Positions 8,720 to 18,169 of a stretch of 64,000 bases of DNA are shown here, piece by piece. Position 1 is the stretch's first letter. Each line of letters begins with the position of its first letter. Source of the DNA: an uncultured Pseudomonadales bacterium (GTDB lineage: Bacteria; Patescibacteriota; Microgenomatia; UBA1400; PJMF01). A program made the position numbers and the translations under genes. The notes beneath the pieces are model-generated. The model did no database searches and had not been told where the DNA came from. It saw only the letters and a list, made by a program, of their open reading frames with translations. Location: NCBI GenBank assembly GCA_964406075.1, contig CAYOQI010000006.1, forward strand, positions 2,529 to 66,528, written 5' to 3'.

Positions 8720-8860
8720 AAGTATTGCTGGTCACCTATTATACCCGACATACACAAAAACAAGATGCGAAATTTTGAAAAACGTTTATACTTGATCAAT
8801 AAAGCTCCTCTTCTTTTCCCTCTTCCTTCTCAAGCTGAGTGATATAAAATAATATTTGTC

Positions 8861-10522
8861 ATGATGAAACCAAAACGTCTCCTCTACATTGCTTCATTTT
8901 TCTTTTTTCTTTCTGCATTTGTGTTTTTACCTCGGATTTTAGCTCAAGAACCCCCTACTCAAAACGAACTCCAAGAGGAGTTTACAACTTCTGCTAATTC
9001 GACCACTGACACCAATCTTCAACAATTTGGTTCTAATGTTTTTGAGATTGTTAATCGAGCAGCGATTGAGTCAATGGCTCTTACGGATACTAATTCCACA
9101 AGTCGATATGGAGCTGGTGCGATTAATAGTGTCAGTAAAATGGTCGCAATGACATATGAGAATAAGCCTGCAGACACTCAGACATTTGTTGCGGACCTTC
9201 TCCAAGACGCAGGGATTGCTCAACCAGCCTATGCTCAAGGTTTAGGTTTCTCTTCATTGACTCCTATTTTAGAGTTGTGGAAAGTATTTCGGAATATTGC
9301 TTACGTGTTCTTTGTACTTCTCATGCTCGTAGTTGGATTTGCCATCATGTTTCGACAAAATCTCGGTAGTCAAACAGCGGTGACAGTCCAACAAGCTCTC
9401 CCTAAAATTGTTGTTGCTCTTTTAATGGTTTCATTTTCTTACGCAATTGCCGGATTACTCATTGATCTGATGTATGTCGTTATGTTCTTCTTACTGGTGG
9501 TTTTTTCTGCCAGTGGTCTGATAGATGCAAAGTTTGTCGATTATGCAAATGGTGCCGAGTCTATTTTAAATAAAAACGTGTTCACTATATTTTTTGATCT
9601 AATTGGAAATGGATTTGCCATATCTTCAGGTGATGCCGTGGGAAATTTTGTGTCAAATGCTTTAGGAGATAATTTTGTTACAGATATCGTTGGAATCGCT
9701 TCAAGTATGTTAGTAACTCTCATTATCCTAGTGGCAGTGTTAGTAGCTATGTTCAAAACATTCTTCGCCATGATCAAAGTATATGTGGAGATCGTACTCA
9801 CTATTGTTTTTTCTCCTTTGATTTTGATGATGGGCGTAATCAATAGTGGTGTTGCTGCAAATTGGATAAAAGGATTAGCTGTGAACCTTTTAGTATTTCC
9901 AGTCTTTCTTGTTTTCGTTCTCATAGGATATATGTTCATGGGATTAAATACAGGAACAACAGAAGGCGTCGATGTCCAGTTTAATGAAGGTGGTTTTCTT
10001 CCACCATTTGTACCTGGAAGAGGTAGCGCAACTGAAATCTCGATGATTGTTGGACTAGCTATTGTGCTCCTACTTTCAGAGGTACCTGCTATTGTTGGTA
10101 AGTTTAAACCCAAAGGAATATTTGATGAACTCGGCGGACTCGCAATGAAAAATGCGATTGCTGGCGAACCTGGATTGCCAGTTATGACTGGAGCTGTTGG
10201 CGGTGCTTATGGAGCTGGTATGGGGCTATATGCATCTCGAAAACAACCAATGACTGCTAGAAAGAGGATCGGTGCAATGGTTTATGGTATCCCTCAGTAT
10301 GATCCAAATGATCCAAACAAGGAGATTGGAAGAACTGGTGGAGTTATGCCTCGTTTCTCAGATGCATATGGAGTCGGTCAGGGCGTGAGAAAAACACTTG
10401 ATGATGCACGCGATGGTCGCCTATTCCAACCTGACAACTTTAGAGCCCAATTAGACAAAGTCATTAAAGGGCAGGAAAAGCCTTCTGCCACTACTGATCC
10501 AAAAGTGAAACCAAAGGGTTAA
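8861..10522 (+). CDS. Polytopic membrane protein, VirB6/TrbL-like candidate
   Basis: Signal peptide, ~130 aa exodomain, at least six long hydrophobic helices and a hydrophilic Lys/Pro C-terminal tail. The call rests on topology and the neighbouring pilin-domain genes; I recognise no catalytic motif. Confidence 0.45.
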   Translation: MMKPKRLLYIASFFFFLSAFVFLPRILAQEPPTQNELQEEFTTSANSTTDTNLQQFGSNVFEIVNRAAIESMALTDTNSTSRYGAGAINSVSKMVAMTYENKPADTQTFVADLLQDAGIAQPAYAQGLGFSSLTPILELWKVFRNIAYVFFVLLMLVVGFAIMFRQNLGSQTAVTVQQALPKIVVALLMVSFSYAIAGLLIDLMYVVMFFLLVVFSASGLIDAKFVDYANGAESILNKNVFTIFFDLIGNGFAISSGDAVGNFVSNALGDNFVTDIVGIASSMLVTLIILVAVLVAMFKTFFAMIKVYVEIVLTIVFSPLILMMGVINSGVAANWIKGLAVNLLVFPVFLVFVLIGYMFMGLNTGTTEGVDVQFNEGGFLPPFVPGRGSATEISMIVGLAIVLLLSEVPAIVGKFKPKGIFDELGGLAMKNAIAGEPGLPVMTGAVGGAYGAGMGLYASRKQPMTARKRIGAMVYGIPQYDPNDPNKEIGRTGGVMPRFSDAYGVGQGVRKTLDDARDGRLFQPDNFRAQLDKVIKGQEKPSATTDPKVKPKG

Positions 10523-10606
10523 AATTCCCAATCATCTAACTAAAATACTCAGTTAAATATCAGAATAAAACAGAGAAAGTGGAGAAGTGCAACAATTAGA
10601 TTTATC

Positions 10607-13600
10607 TTAATGCTCTAATTTTTCAGCAGATGCTCTGTTAAGAACTTTAGGTAGCTCAATATTCTGTTTCATCACATTTCTAAAATAAGTCGCGTCATCA
10701 CCTCTCGCTAAAAATGTCGACGGCGATATCATTTGCTCGTTTGCCATCCAGGCTTTAACAAATATCTCAATGTTCTCTGTATTCCATTTGAACGGATCAA
10801 ATAAAGCTTTTGCCATGACATTTTGACCTGGTTTTTTACCATGTATATGAGCATGTAGGAAATGCTCAATATCATGTCTGAGATTCTTAGCTACTTCTTT
10901 TGACCGAGTAGTAAACTCAACCTCAAATTTCCTTTCAAAAGCTTCCTGTTCCGCATCGCTGAGTTTTGCACCTTTTTTCTTTTCTTCCGCTCGCAATGCC
11001 TGTTGAAAAGTTCTTGAGCGATATCTACGCAAATACATTGTTCCGTCAACTTGTTTGCCATTATCTAAATAATGCAGATGTGGACGAATATCACCATTCA
11101 TTAGGTTTCGAATAACTAAATCAAGCTCAAATTGAAATGCAGCTGTTGTAGCATCTTTTCCGTTTTGATCTAATAACTCAATCACTTCTCGGAATAATCT
11201 ACCTCTTACATCAGGATCTTGATTGTTAAAATCTAAAAATAATCGCAAGATATAATCAGTTAATAAGGGCTCCATGGTTTTTTCAAGAGTTTTTCCTGCT
11301 CCAAACATTTTCAACTGACCAGCCGCTTTAATCCAATCTGTAATAAGACCACTATCTTTTTTAGCTTTCTGCACGATGGTGTGTTCAGATAAATTATCAG
11401 GGGTCTCTTCCGTCATTTTATTCAGAATGTGGGTCCAACCATCTTCTGCATTTGGATACTGACCTGCGTCAGTAACCTTAATCTTTCCGGTATTCCAATC
11501 TAGCACCTCGTCTTCCTGTAAATGGACGTAATCATACGTTGAAGTAAAAACAGTATCAGCACCTGTCACGGGATCAATTGAATCAAATAAGACTTCAGCA
11601 TCATCTCCAAACAAAGCTCTTCTTCTTAACCTTTCTAAATATTGCACTTTTCGCAAGATTTCTCTTTTTTCATCGTTAGCACAATAATCATCGGTAATTT
11701 CTTGAAAAACAAACCAGTTCATTCTTTCTGATTTTATATTCGTAGCTCTTTGTGCTGAATGTACTGCCCCTGCAGCCGGATCATCTAGCCATATCCGATC
11801 TTTATCTGGAACTTGAGGGTTATGACCACGAGTTTTCGTTCTTCGCTGAAGCATTCGAAGAATATCTGTCAGCATATCGTGACTAAAAAATGTTTCTACT
11901 ATAAAAAATCTCGCCAAAGATCGTCTCTTATTCTCTTCTTCTTCTAATTTTCTCTGTTCTACTGAAGCCTGTGGCGAAATGATAATTTCCTTAACTCCAG
12001 GCTGATCTTTTAACCAATCCTTTAAGTTATCTCTACCTCTGGTCTCACTGCACAATTTCTCATAGGAGATAATATGAGCAGCATTTCCTGAAGCCGAAAC
12101 TTCATAAGAGGTATAAATTATTTTTTCTAAGAAATTTCTGACAGTCTCACCCCACTCTGGGTGATACGTTACGCCTATAAAGAACTCTGGCCTACTTAGT
12201 TTGTAACTGGTCAACCCACCTGCTTTAAGCACCGTACCATCTGGCGAAACAGTATCGAATATTTGAGATCGATCCACAGTGGCTGATTTCCTCCCTTTTT
12301 TTAAGGAAACATCCATAAATAATAACGATGCCCTCATCTTCTGAACAATTCTATTTAGCTCGGCTGGATTTCTAAAATCTGAATCAAGAGAATTATCAGT
12401 TAAATCATCAAAACGTACAATCAAATCTCTAAGTCTAAGATCTGATTGATTATATTCGCCAAAAGGATCTGCCTGTCTTGTTATTAATTCATCAACAACT
12501 TCCTCTAAAGTTAGATTGTTCGGGGCTTCCCTTAATTCTCTTAGTCTAACAATATGTCTCTCGGCTTTATCCAAATCTGAAATATCATCTTGATTTGCCA
12601 AGGAAACTCCGGCCGCTCGAGCGACCAATCGGGCTTTATCCAAATCGTCTTGTCTTGATTTTAAATACTCTCGATTATATGTGCCCGCGTTATCTTCTTT
12701 TAAAGATAGAATCTCAGTAATAATCTCTTTTAGAACCTTTTGTTTATCTGCCCCCACATCATCTTCTAATTTTTTAATTCTCAATCGTAATTTTTCTAGA
12801 ACTTTTATGGGGCTATTTGGGTTACTTGAACCATCGAGAATTTCCTGCTTTACTTGGTCAGTTTGAGTTCGATTTTCAGGAATCAAATTTAGATTTTGAG
12901 ACTCAAAAGCTGTATTCAAGTTAGTAATTCTTACTAATAATTCTTGTTCGGCCGGTTGAAGCAGTCCATCAATATCATTTGAGGAAAGACTATTACTTGC
13001 ATCTTTTACTGCTGTGTCTAATTTTTGACGAATAATAACACCAGAACCAAACAAGACGTCTTTGAAGAAAGCCATTTGTGCTTGTGGCAACTCTGCAATT
13101 CGTTGATTAGCTTTGTTAAGTCTAGCTTGAATATGCTGTTGTCCATTAATTTTAAATCGATCTGGAAGAATTTTGATTAAATCCTCCATTGAACTTTGGA
13201 TAGCATTTGATTCATCACCCAGATCTTTATAAAGATAAAGATACTCTTCAAGTGAATGACAACTTCTTGTCGAAAAATCAACAAGGACTGCTAAATCACC
13301 ATTCATTTCCTCAATCCATAACCTATACACTTCATCTTCAAGAGGCTGAGCTTGATCTTCAATGGGAATAATATATTTTTCTCGAATAAATGACTCTACT
13401 TCACGTTCGTATCCCTGATATTTCTTTTGCTCGACTAAAATAATTTTTTCCAATCCAGCAACAGCATTATTAAAAACATCTAACTGTGCCTGAGCTGATT
13501 TTCTATCGGAATATGCTGCTTGAGTTTTTATTTCTAAAAGTTTTTGGAAAAACTGGAAACCTGGTTCTTTTGGAGCTGTTTCCTTCCACTGCTCAAACAA

Positions 13601-14359
13601 TAGTTTTTTCTTTCTCTCTTCTAATCTAGTCAGCAATTTTTCCCAAACTGGACGCACTGCTCTTCTTATCTGATCTCTTTTTTCTTCAGCAAAATCCTCT
13701 CCCATAACCGTCACTGACTCATACTTATTCAGGGCAGACAGCATTTTACTCAGAGAGTTTATGTCTGAGACTACTCGATTAAGCTTGTTAGTTGTTTTTT
13801 CTTCAGGAGGATATTCTTCCGTTAGTTGAACATCTTCAACATCATATCGAGAAGTAAATGGGGCAAGTTCACCAAGTGGATTTGGAGTAAATTCAGGTCT
13901 TCTGACAAGTTCTTTGAAAAATTCTCTGGGATTAAAACGTTCTTGTTGCTTTTCCGACGCAATAACCTGGGTTTTTATTTCTCCATGCTCACTTAGTCTT
14001 TTTGAGATATGAGGTCGAAGATTTTTTACCCATCTTTTGGCAATTTTCAGTCTTGCTAAGGGTGTTTCCCAGTCAACATTATTTCCACTAAGATTTTCCT
14101 TTTGTTCACCTGCTTCTTCCTCTTGAATTAATTCATCAAGACTAGCATCTATGAGATCTAAGGTTTTTAGCTCATTCTGTAAATCTTGCTCAGAAATGCC
14201 TTTTGCAGGTGTTTCGTTTAGTTTTTTAGCTAAGGAATAAATTTTTGAAGCAATAGACTCATAACTCCTTAGAGATTTTTTTCCTAAATCCTGATGAGGC
14301 TCTGTTAGCTCTGTATTTGTATGTAAAAAATGTTCATTCATTTGATGTGATTTTACCAT
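10607..14359 (-). CDS. Giant (1250 aa) soluble, charged, alpha-helical/coiled-coil-rich protein of unknown function
   Basis: Uninterrupted 3.75 kb ORF with no hydrophobic segment, no signal peptide and no motif I recognise. Long Glu/Lys/Arg/Leu-rich stretches. Confidence 0.6.
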   Translation of the reverse strand: MVKSHQMNEHFLHTNTELTEPHQDLGKKSLRSYESIASKIYSLAKKLNETPAKGISEQDLQNELKTLDLIDASLDELIQEEEAGEQKENLSGNNVDWETPLARLKIAKRWVKNLRPHISKRLSEHGEIKTQVIASEKQQERFNPREFFKELVRRPEFTPNPLGELAPFTSRYDVEDVQLTEEYPPEEKTTNKLNRVVSDINSLSKMLSALNKYESVTVMGEDFAEEKRDQIRRAVRPVWEKLLTRLEERKKKLLFEQWKETAPKEPGFQFFQKLLEIKTQAAYSDRKSAQAQLDVFNNAVAGLEKIILVEQKKYQGYEREVESFIREKYIIPIEDQAQPLEDEVYRLWIEEMNGDLAVLVDFSTRSCHSLEEYLYLYKDLGDESNAIQSSMEDLIKILPDRFKINGQQHIQARLNKANQRIAELPQAQMAFFKDVLFGSGVIIRQKLDTAVKDASNSLSSNDIDGLLQPAEQELLVRITNLNTAFESQNLNLIPENRTQTDQVKQEILDGSSNPNSPIKVLEKLRLRIKKLEDDVGADKQKVLKEIITEILSLKEDNAGTYNREYLKSRQDDLDKARLVARAAGVSLANQDDISDLDKAERHIVRLRELREAPNNLTLEEVVDELITRQADPFGEYNQSDLRLRDLIVRFDDLTDNSLDSDFRNPAELNRIVQKMRASLLFMDVSLKKGRKSATVDRSQIFDTVSPDGTVLKAGGLTSYKLSRPEFFIGVTYHPEWGETVRNFLEKIIYTSYEVSASGNAAHIISYEKLCSETRGRDNLKDWLKDQPGVKEIIISPQASVEQRKLEEEENKRRSLARFFIVETFFSHDMLTDILRMLQRRTKTRGHNPQVPDKDRIWLDDPAAGAVHSAQRATNIKSERMNWFVFQEITDDYCANDEKREILRKVQYLERLRRRALFGDDAEVLFDSIDPVTGADTVFTSTYDYVHLQEDEVLDWNTGKIKVTDAGQYPNAEDGWTHILNKMTEETPDNLSEHTIVQKAKKDSGLITDWIKAAGQLKMFGAGKTLEKTMEPLLTDYILRLFLDFNNQDPDVRGRLFREVIELLDQNGKDATTAAFQFELDLVIRNLMNGDIRPHLHYLDNGKQVDGTMYLRRYRSRTFQQALRAEEKKKGAKLSDAEQEAFERKFEVEFTTRSKEVAKNLRHDIEHFLHAHIHGKKPGQNVMAKALFDPFKWNTENIEIFVKAWMANEQMISPSTFLARGDDATYFRNVMKQNIELPKVLNRASAEKLEH

Positions 14360-14381
14360 AATCTTATTGAAGATTAAAGCA

Positions 14382-15167
14382 CTATAGGATATTTAGTCCG
14401 AATATATACTCGATGATCTGTGCAAACCAGTATGACATAAATAAGAGTGCAAACCCAGTCAAGGCTGCTGTGATCCGCTGTTTACCAGCTTCTTGAGACT
14501 TGGGAGTGGCAGCGCCAGATAGCATTTCGAATCCCCCCCACAGAAGCATGATAAATAAAATCAAGCCTGCAAACGTAAATAACCAAGGCAACAGGGCGGA
14601 TAGTATTCCTCCTGGTCTACTAAATTGCACCACTCGTAATGCTCCAAAAGGATCCGCAATGGTACATTCTAGTAAAGTGCTACAATTCCCCGCATCAACA
14701 GTCAGAGGATTGGTGAGAATAAGAAAAGAATCGTTCGGTAATAATGGATCTGGTGGTGCAGGTGGCGGAGGTTGGGAAGTTGAGGTGGGACCAGGTTGGC
14801 TTGCAGAAGGAGCAGGTCGAGCAACACAACCCTCACCCTCTACACACATTTCACTTGAAGTGCAATTCTGTACAATTATTACTGGACTTCCACCCGCATT
14901 ACAAGTAAAAGCCTGTTGTGGTTGAGCAGGATCACAATATGTCTCACCATACTGCCTCTCCCCGTTATTGCAAGTAGGCGGGGGTGGCTCAGAACTACAC
15001 TCAGCAATTCCCTCACAACAATAATCACTCCCATCTGCTGAACATAAGAACGGAACTTGGCCTGAACATTGATCATCAAGACGAGGCACACAAACCGCCT
15101 CTGTTAAACGGACAGAACTCAAAAAAAGAAATACAAATAGTGGAAGAATAAAAAGTATTTTTTTCAT
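14382..15167 (-). CDS. Cys-rich extracellular domain and Pro-rich linker fused to a C-terminal VirB2/TrbC-like T4SS pilin domain
   Basis: Signal peptide MKKILFILPLFVFLFLSS (ATG 15167), 20 Cys in the first ~190 aa and a 'QPPPPAPPDP' linker. The C-terminus 'LLPWLFTFAGLILFIMLLWGGFEMLSGAATPKSQEAGKQRITAALTGFALLFMSYWFAQIIEYIFG' aligns with the stand-alone pilins at 63055-63744. Confidence 0.65.
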   Translation of the reverse strand: MKKILFILPLFVFLFLSSVRLTEAVCVPRLDDQCSGQVPFLCSADGSDYCCEGIAECSSEPPPPTCNNGERQYGETYCDPAQPQQAFTCNAGGSPVIIVQNCTSSEMCVEGEGCVARPAPSASQPGPTSTSQPPPPAPPDPLLPNDSFLILTNPLTVDAGNCSTLLECTIADPFGALRVVQFSRPGGILSALLPWLFTFAGLILFIMLLWGGFEMLSGAATPKSQEAGKQRITAALTGFALLFMSYWFAQIIEYIFGLNIL

Positions 15168-15171
15168 GAAT

Positions 15172-16389
15172 TTATCTTCCAAATCCGGGAATTTGGAGAA
15201 CGTCTACCCCAATAAATCGTAAAATTGTCACTGAAAAAATAACGAATAGTATTCCAATCACTGCTGAACTAATCAAACTTTTACCTTCTTCGACTCTCTT
15301 TGGATCACCTTGAGAGGTTGAAAGTAGGAACGATCCTGCCAGTACCATGAGTACTACTACTCCACCCGCAATCCCTAAACCAATGGTCATCAGAGAACGA
15401 ATCATTAAGGTTACTCCACCCGTTGCATCACCGGATGCGGTCTTGTATGGGATACACCCTATAGCTGTCCAAATGCCATTGTTTTCGAAACAAGTATTAC
15501 ATAAAGAATAATTTGCCGTACCGGCTTGCTTACATAATTCGAACGGATCTCCAGATGCACCAGGGGCATCTTTATCTATTATGGTAAATGTTGAGTTATT
15601 AACCACACAATACCTAGTGGAATCACCGACAGCACCAGTTACTACTACCTGATATTGACCAGCCGGATGTGGCCCTGAATCTCGGGGTACTGTAGCAACT
15701 AACTGACCACCCGCAGCATCAATGAGTGTTAGAGACCCGGAAGCCTGGCTATCAGTCCTTTCTAAAAAGACATTGTAAGTTCCATCTACAAAACCGCTCG
15801 TCCCAGCACTGTCAATAATTAATCTCACTTGATGTGAGGAATTTACTTGTGTCCCAAGAGAGGGATTTCCATTTATAATTGGGGCGAACTGAAAAGAGTT
15901 ATTTGTACACTGAGTTGTAACTGTTTGTTTTTTCCTGACTAAAAAATTATCACCACAGATCACAATAGCGCTTGCAGGATCTCTTTTTCTCAGTTCCACT
16001 GTAACGTTCTGAGTCTGAGTCGGTGACATTGAAAAATTGTCGAAAATAGAAATAAGCTGGGATGAAACATCCATCTCGGATAAAGTTCCATTCGTCAAAG
16101 CACCTGACGGGATATCAACTGTAGCAAAAAATGGATTCCCTCGACTAATGTTTAGAACATATTCCCCATCCGCCGTTATAGGATTATCCTCAAAAATTGC
16201 ATTGGTAGCTGAAACACGAAGTTTGTCGTCAGGTAGATCGAAAACGGCATCACTGCCTGACCCAGAGAAAGTGAGATTACAACTATTCGCTGCTTTTACT
16301 TGAAGGGGAGTATAAAAAAGCCAGGACAATAACAACAAAAAAACTAAGAGGCTTTTTATCCTAAACTTCATACTCTTTGATTTTATCAT
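15172..16389 (-). CDS. Beta-rich extracellular domain fused to a C-terminal VirB2/TrbC-like T4SS pilin domain
   Basis: Signal peptide and ~300 aa of Thr/Ser/Gly/Val-rich sequence. Then 'CNTCFENNGIWTAIGCIPYK...' followed by two hydrophobic helices around 'STSQGDPKRVEEGKSLISSAV'. This matches the hairpin layout of the CPR-type T4SS pilin family. Confidence 0.65.
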   Translation of the reverse strand: MIKSKSMKFRIKSLLVFLLLLSWLFYTPLQVKAANSCNLTFSGSGSDAVFDLPDDKLRVSATNAIFEDNPITADGEYVLNISRGNPFFATVDIPSGALTNGTLSEMDVSSQLISIFDNFSMSPTQTQNVTVELRKRDPASAIVICGDNFLVRKKQTVTTQCTNNSFQFAPIINGNPSLGTQVNSSHQVRLIIDSAGTSGFVDGTYNVFLERTDSQASGSLTLIDAAGGQLVATVPRDSGPHPAGQYQVVVTGAVGDSTRYCVVNNSTFTIIDKDAPGASGDPFELCKQAGTANYSLCNTCFENNGIWTAIGCIPYKTASGDATGGVTLMIRSLMTIGLGIAGGVVVLMVLAGSFLLSTSQGDPKRVEEGKSLISSAVIGILFVIFSVTILRFIGVDVLQIPGFGR

Positions 16390-16485
16390 TTATCTTGGAA
16401 AAAATAGAACAGGGTGATTTTATGATCCTATAGTATTTTAATTGCCCTAGTGTATAATTTCTGCCATATTTCATACAATACGGTT

Positions 16486-18120
16486 ATGACTGAACATACA
16501 ACACATTCAACTCCACACACTGAAAACCCTGCTAAAAAAGGGTTTCCTTTTAAGGAATGGCTTCGTACTTGGAAAAACAGATTTAGAGAAGATCAATTTC
16601 CAAACGAACCACTACCAGTAAAAAACCCTGTAGATTTAGAAAAACTTAAAAAAGAGAATCCAACCAAAGAAGCAGAGTTTCGTAAATTTGCTGAAAAGGC
16701 CGCAACACAATTTCGAGAGAGAGCGAAAAACAATCCTGGAGCTAATCCTGATACTTTGCAACTTCTTTCATCCGATATTATTAATGAAATTCATCAACAA
16801 TTCCCAGCTGACGAAACGGCTCAGATGAATATTTTTACAATGACAAGAGATCTTGTTTCAGAAAATGCTCCTGTCCCACTCCCCCCAGAACCTCCACAAC
16901 CACCTAAAGATGAGCCCGGCAAAGAACCCAATTCGGAAACAAGAAAAAATGATATTAAAGAATGGGCCGAAGCCCTTGTAAAATTGAGAAAAGAGTATGA
17001 GGCAGATGGTAATCCACGCAATGAAGAAATTGAAAAGATTATTGAAGAAGCAAGACTAAAATATGGTAATGATGTAAGTAGTGAGATTTATGCAGAAAAA
17101 GATAGATTAATGGGAATAACAGCAGTGCCAGAAGCAGCGGAGCAAGAAAATAAACAAGAGGATGACAAACAAAAAAAACTAGGTTTTGCTACTGTATTAG
17201 CAAAACTTTCTCGCATACCAGACGTTGAGACACGCAAAAAGAACTTTGAAGATTTATTGCAACAAATGAGCGTTGCTTTTCCAAATAGCAATTCCCCTAA
17301 AATCTTTGAGGAAATAGGATTAATGGCAATAGAAATCAACAGTAAAGTTCAAGAATCAAGAACAACCACTGATGATACTTCTAACGAAGATACTGAGCAA
17401 AAAACTGATGTAGTAGATTCTGAAGCAGACCAAAGTCCTGAAAAAATTGACCAACAACAAACTGCAGTCACAGAAACTGTGCAACCCATTCCAGAAATCA
17501 CAGAAGCAACTGAACCTGAAGATCCTAATAAAGTTACAAACTATGACGAAATTCGAAGAAGACTTTTTGCCAGCGAGGGGTATGCACCACCAAAACCTCG
17601 CACGTCAGTGAGTTCAAAATCTGAACAACCTGTTGTAGCTAAAAAAGTTGATCCTGAACTTACACAAATCACCACAGATGGAAAAGCTGAAACCACACCA
17701 AACGAAGAACCGACGAATCCTGCCCCTGAGAACATCCAACCAGAAACAAACATCGAATCTGGACTGAAACAAGAAGACGGAAAAGTTTTTTATAATGGCA
17801 AAAAAGTGGACTTCTCACCACAAACTGAAGCCAAAGAATCAACAGCAGATGAAATACAACACATGAAAGAGATGATTAAAAATTTAGAATTGAATGTAAA
17901 TCTTATACCAGGGCAACCAGTCGAAATTAGTAATCAGCGTTTACGTTTAGAGTGGGAATACCAAAACAACACCCAAAAGGGAGCCAATTATTGGATTGAC
18001 GAAATTGTAGATTTTTCTGATCAAGGACTGCTTATTTTGGTTGAAAACCAAACGCTTTCTGATGAGAAGAAATACTACGGTGTCTCAGCCGTTGATTTGG
18101 AAATGTTAAAAAAAGTTTAA
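16486..18120 (+). CDS. Highly acidic, low-complexity (E/K/P/T/Q-rich) protein with a short folded-looking C-terminal domain
   Basis: ATG 16486 is preferred to GTG 16450 because TGTATAAT lies at 16451-16458. No TM segment. The composition is dominated by Glu, Lys, Pro and Thr. Confidence 0.5.
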   Translation: MTEHTTHSTPHTENPAKKGFPFKEWLRTWKNRFREDQFPNEPLPVKNPVDLEKLKKENPTKEAEFRKFAEKAATQFRERAKNNPGANPDTLQLLSSDIINEIHQQFPADETAQMNIFTMTRDLVSENAPVPLPPEPPQPPKDEPGKEPNSETRKNDIKEWAEALVKLRKEYEADGNPRNEEIEKIIEEARLKYGNDVSSEIYAEKDRLMGITAVPEAAEQENKQEDDKQKKLGFATVLAKLSRIPDVETRKKNFEDLLQQMSVAFPNSNSPKIFEEIGLMAIEINSKVQESRTTTDDTSNEDTEQKTDVVDSEADQSPEKIDQQQTAVTETVQPIPEITEATEPEDPNKVTNYDEIRRRLFASEGYAPPKPRTSVSSKSEQPVVAKKVDPELTQITTDGKAETTPNEEPTNPAPENIQPETNIESGLKQEDGKVFYNGKKVDFSPQTEAKESTADEIQHMKEMIKNLELNVNLIPGQPVEISNQRLRLEWEYQNNTQKGANYWIDEIVDFSDQGLLILVENQTLSDEKKYYGVSAVDLEMLKKV

Positions 18121-18169
18121 TCTTTCTTTTTCTCTTCACCTCTTTTTCCGTCCATGTTACCATGAGCAC

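Noticed and set aside
9541-10113. 190-aa ORF antisense to the VirB6-like gene
   Set aside because: It lies entirely within a longer ORF that has coherent TM-helix periodicity. It is a shadow frame of hydrophobic codons.
14500-14925. 141-aa ORF (+) and the 14879-15091 ORF (-) over the Cys-rich pilin-fusion gene
   Set aside because: These are Gly/Pro-rich mirror translations of the Pro-rich linker on the opposite strand or in another frame. The 25103-25288 ORF (Pro-rich mirror of the Gly-rich TM block) and 52170-52442 (mirror of the Pro-rich SBP tail) are the same artefact.
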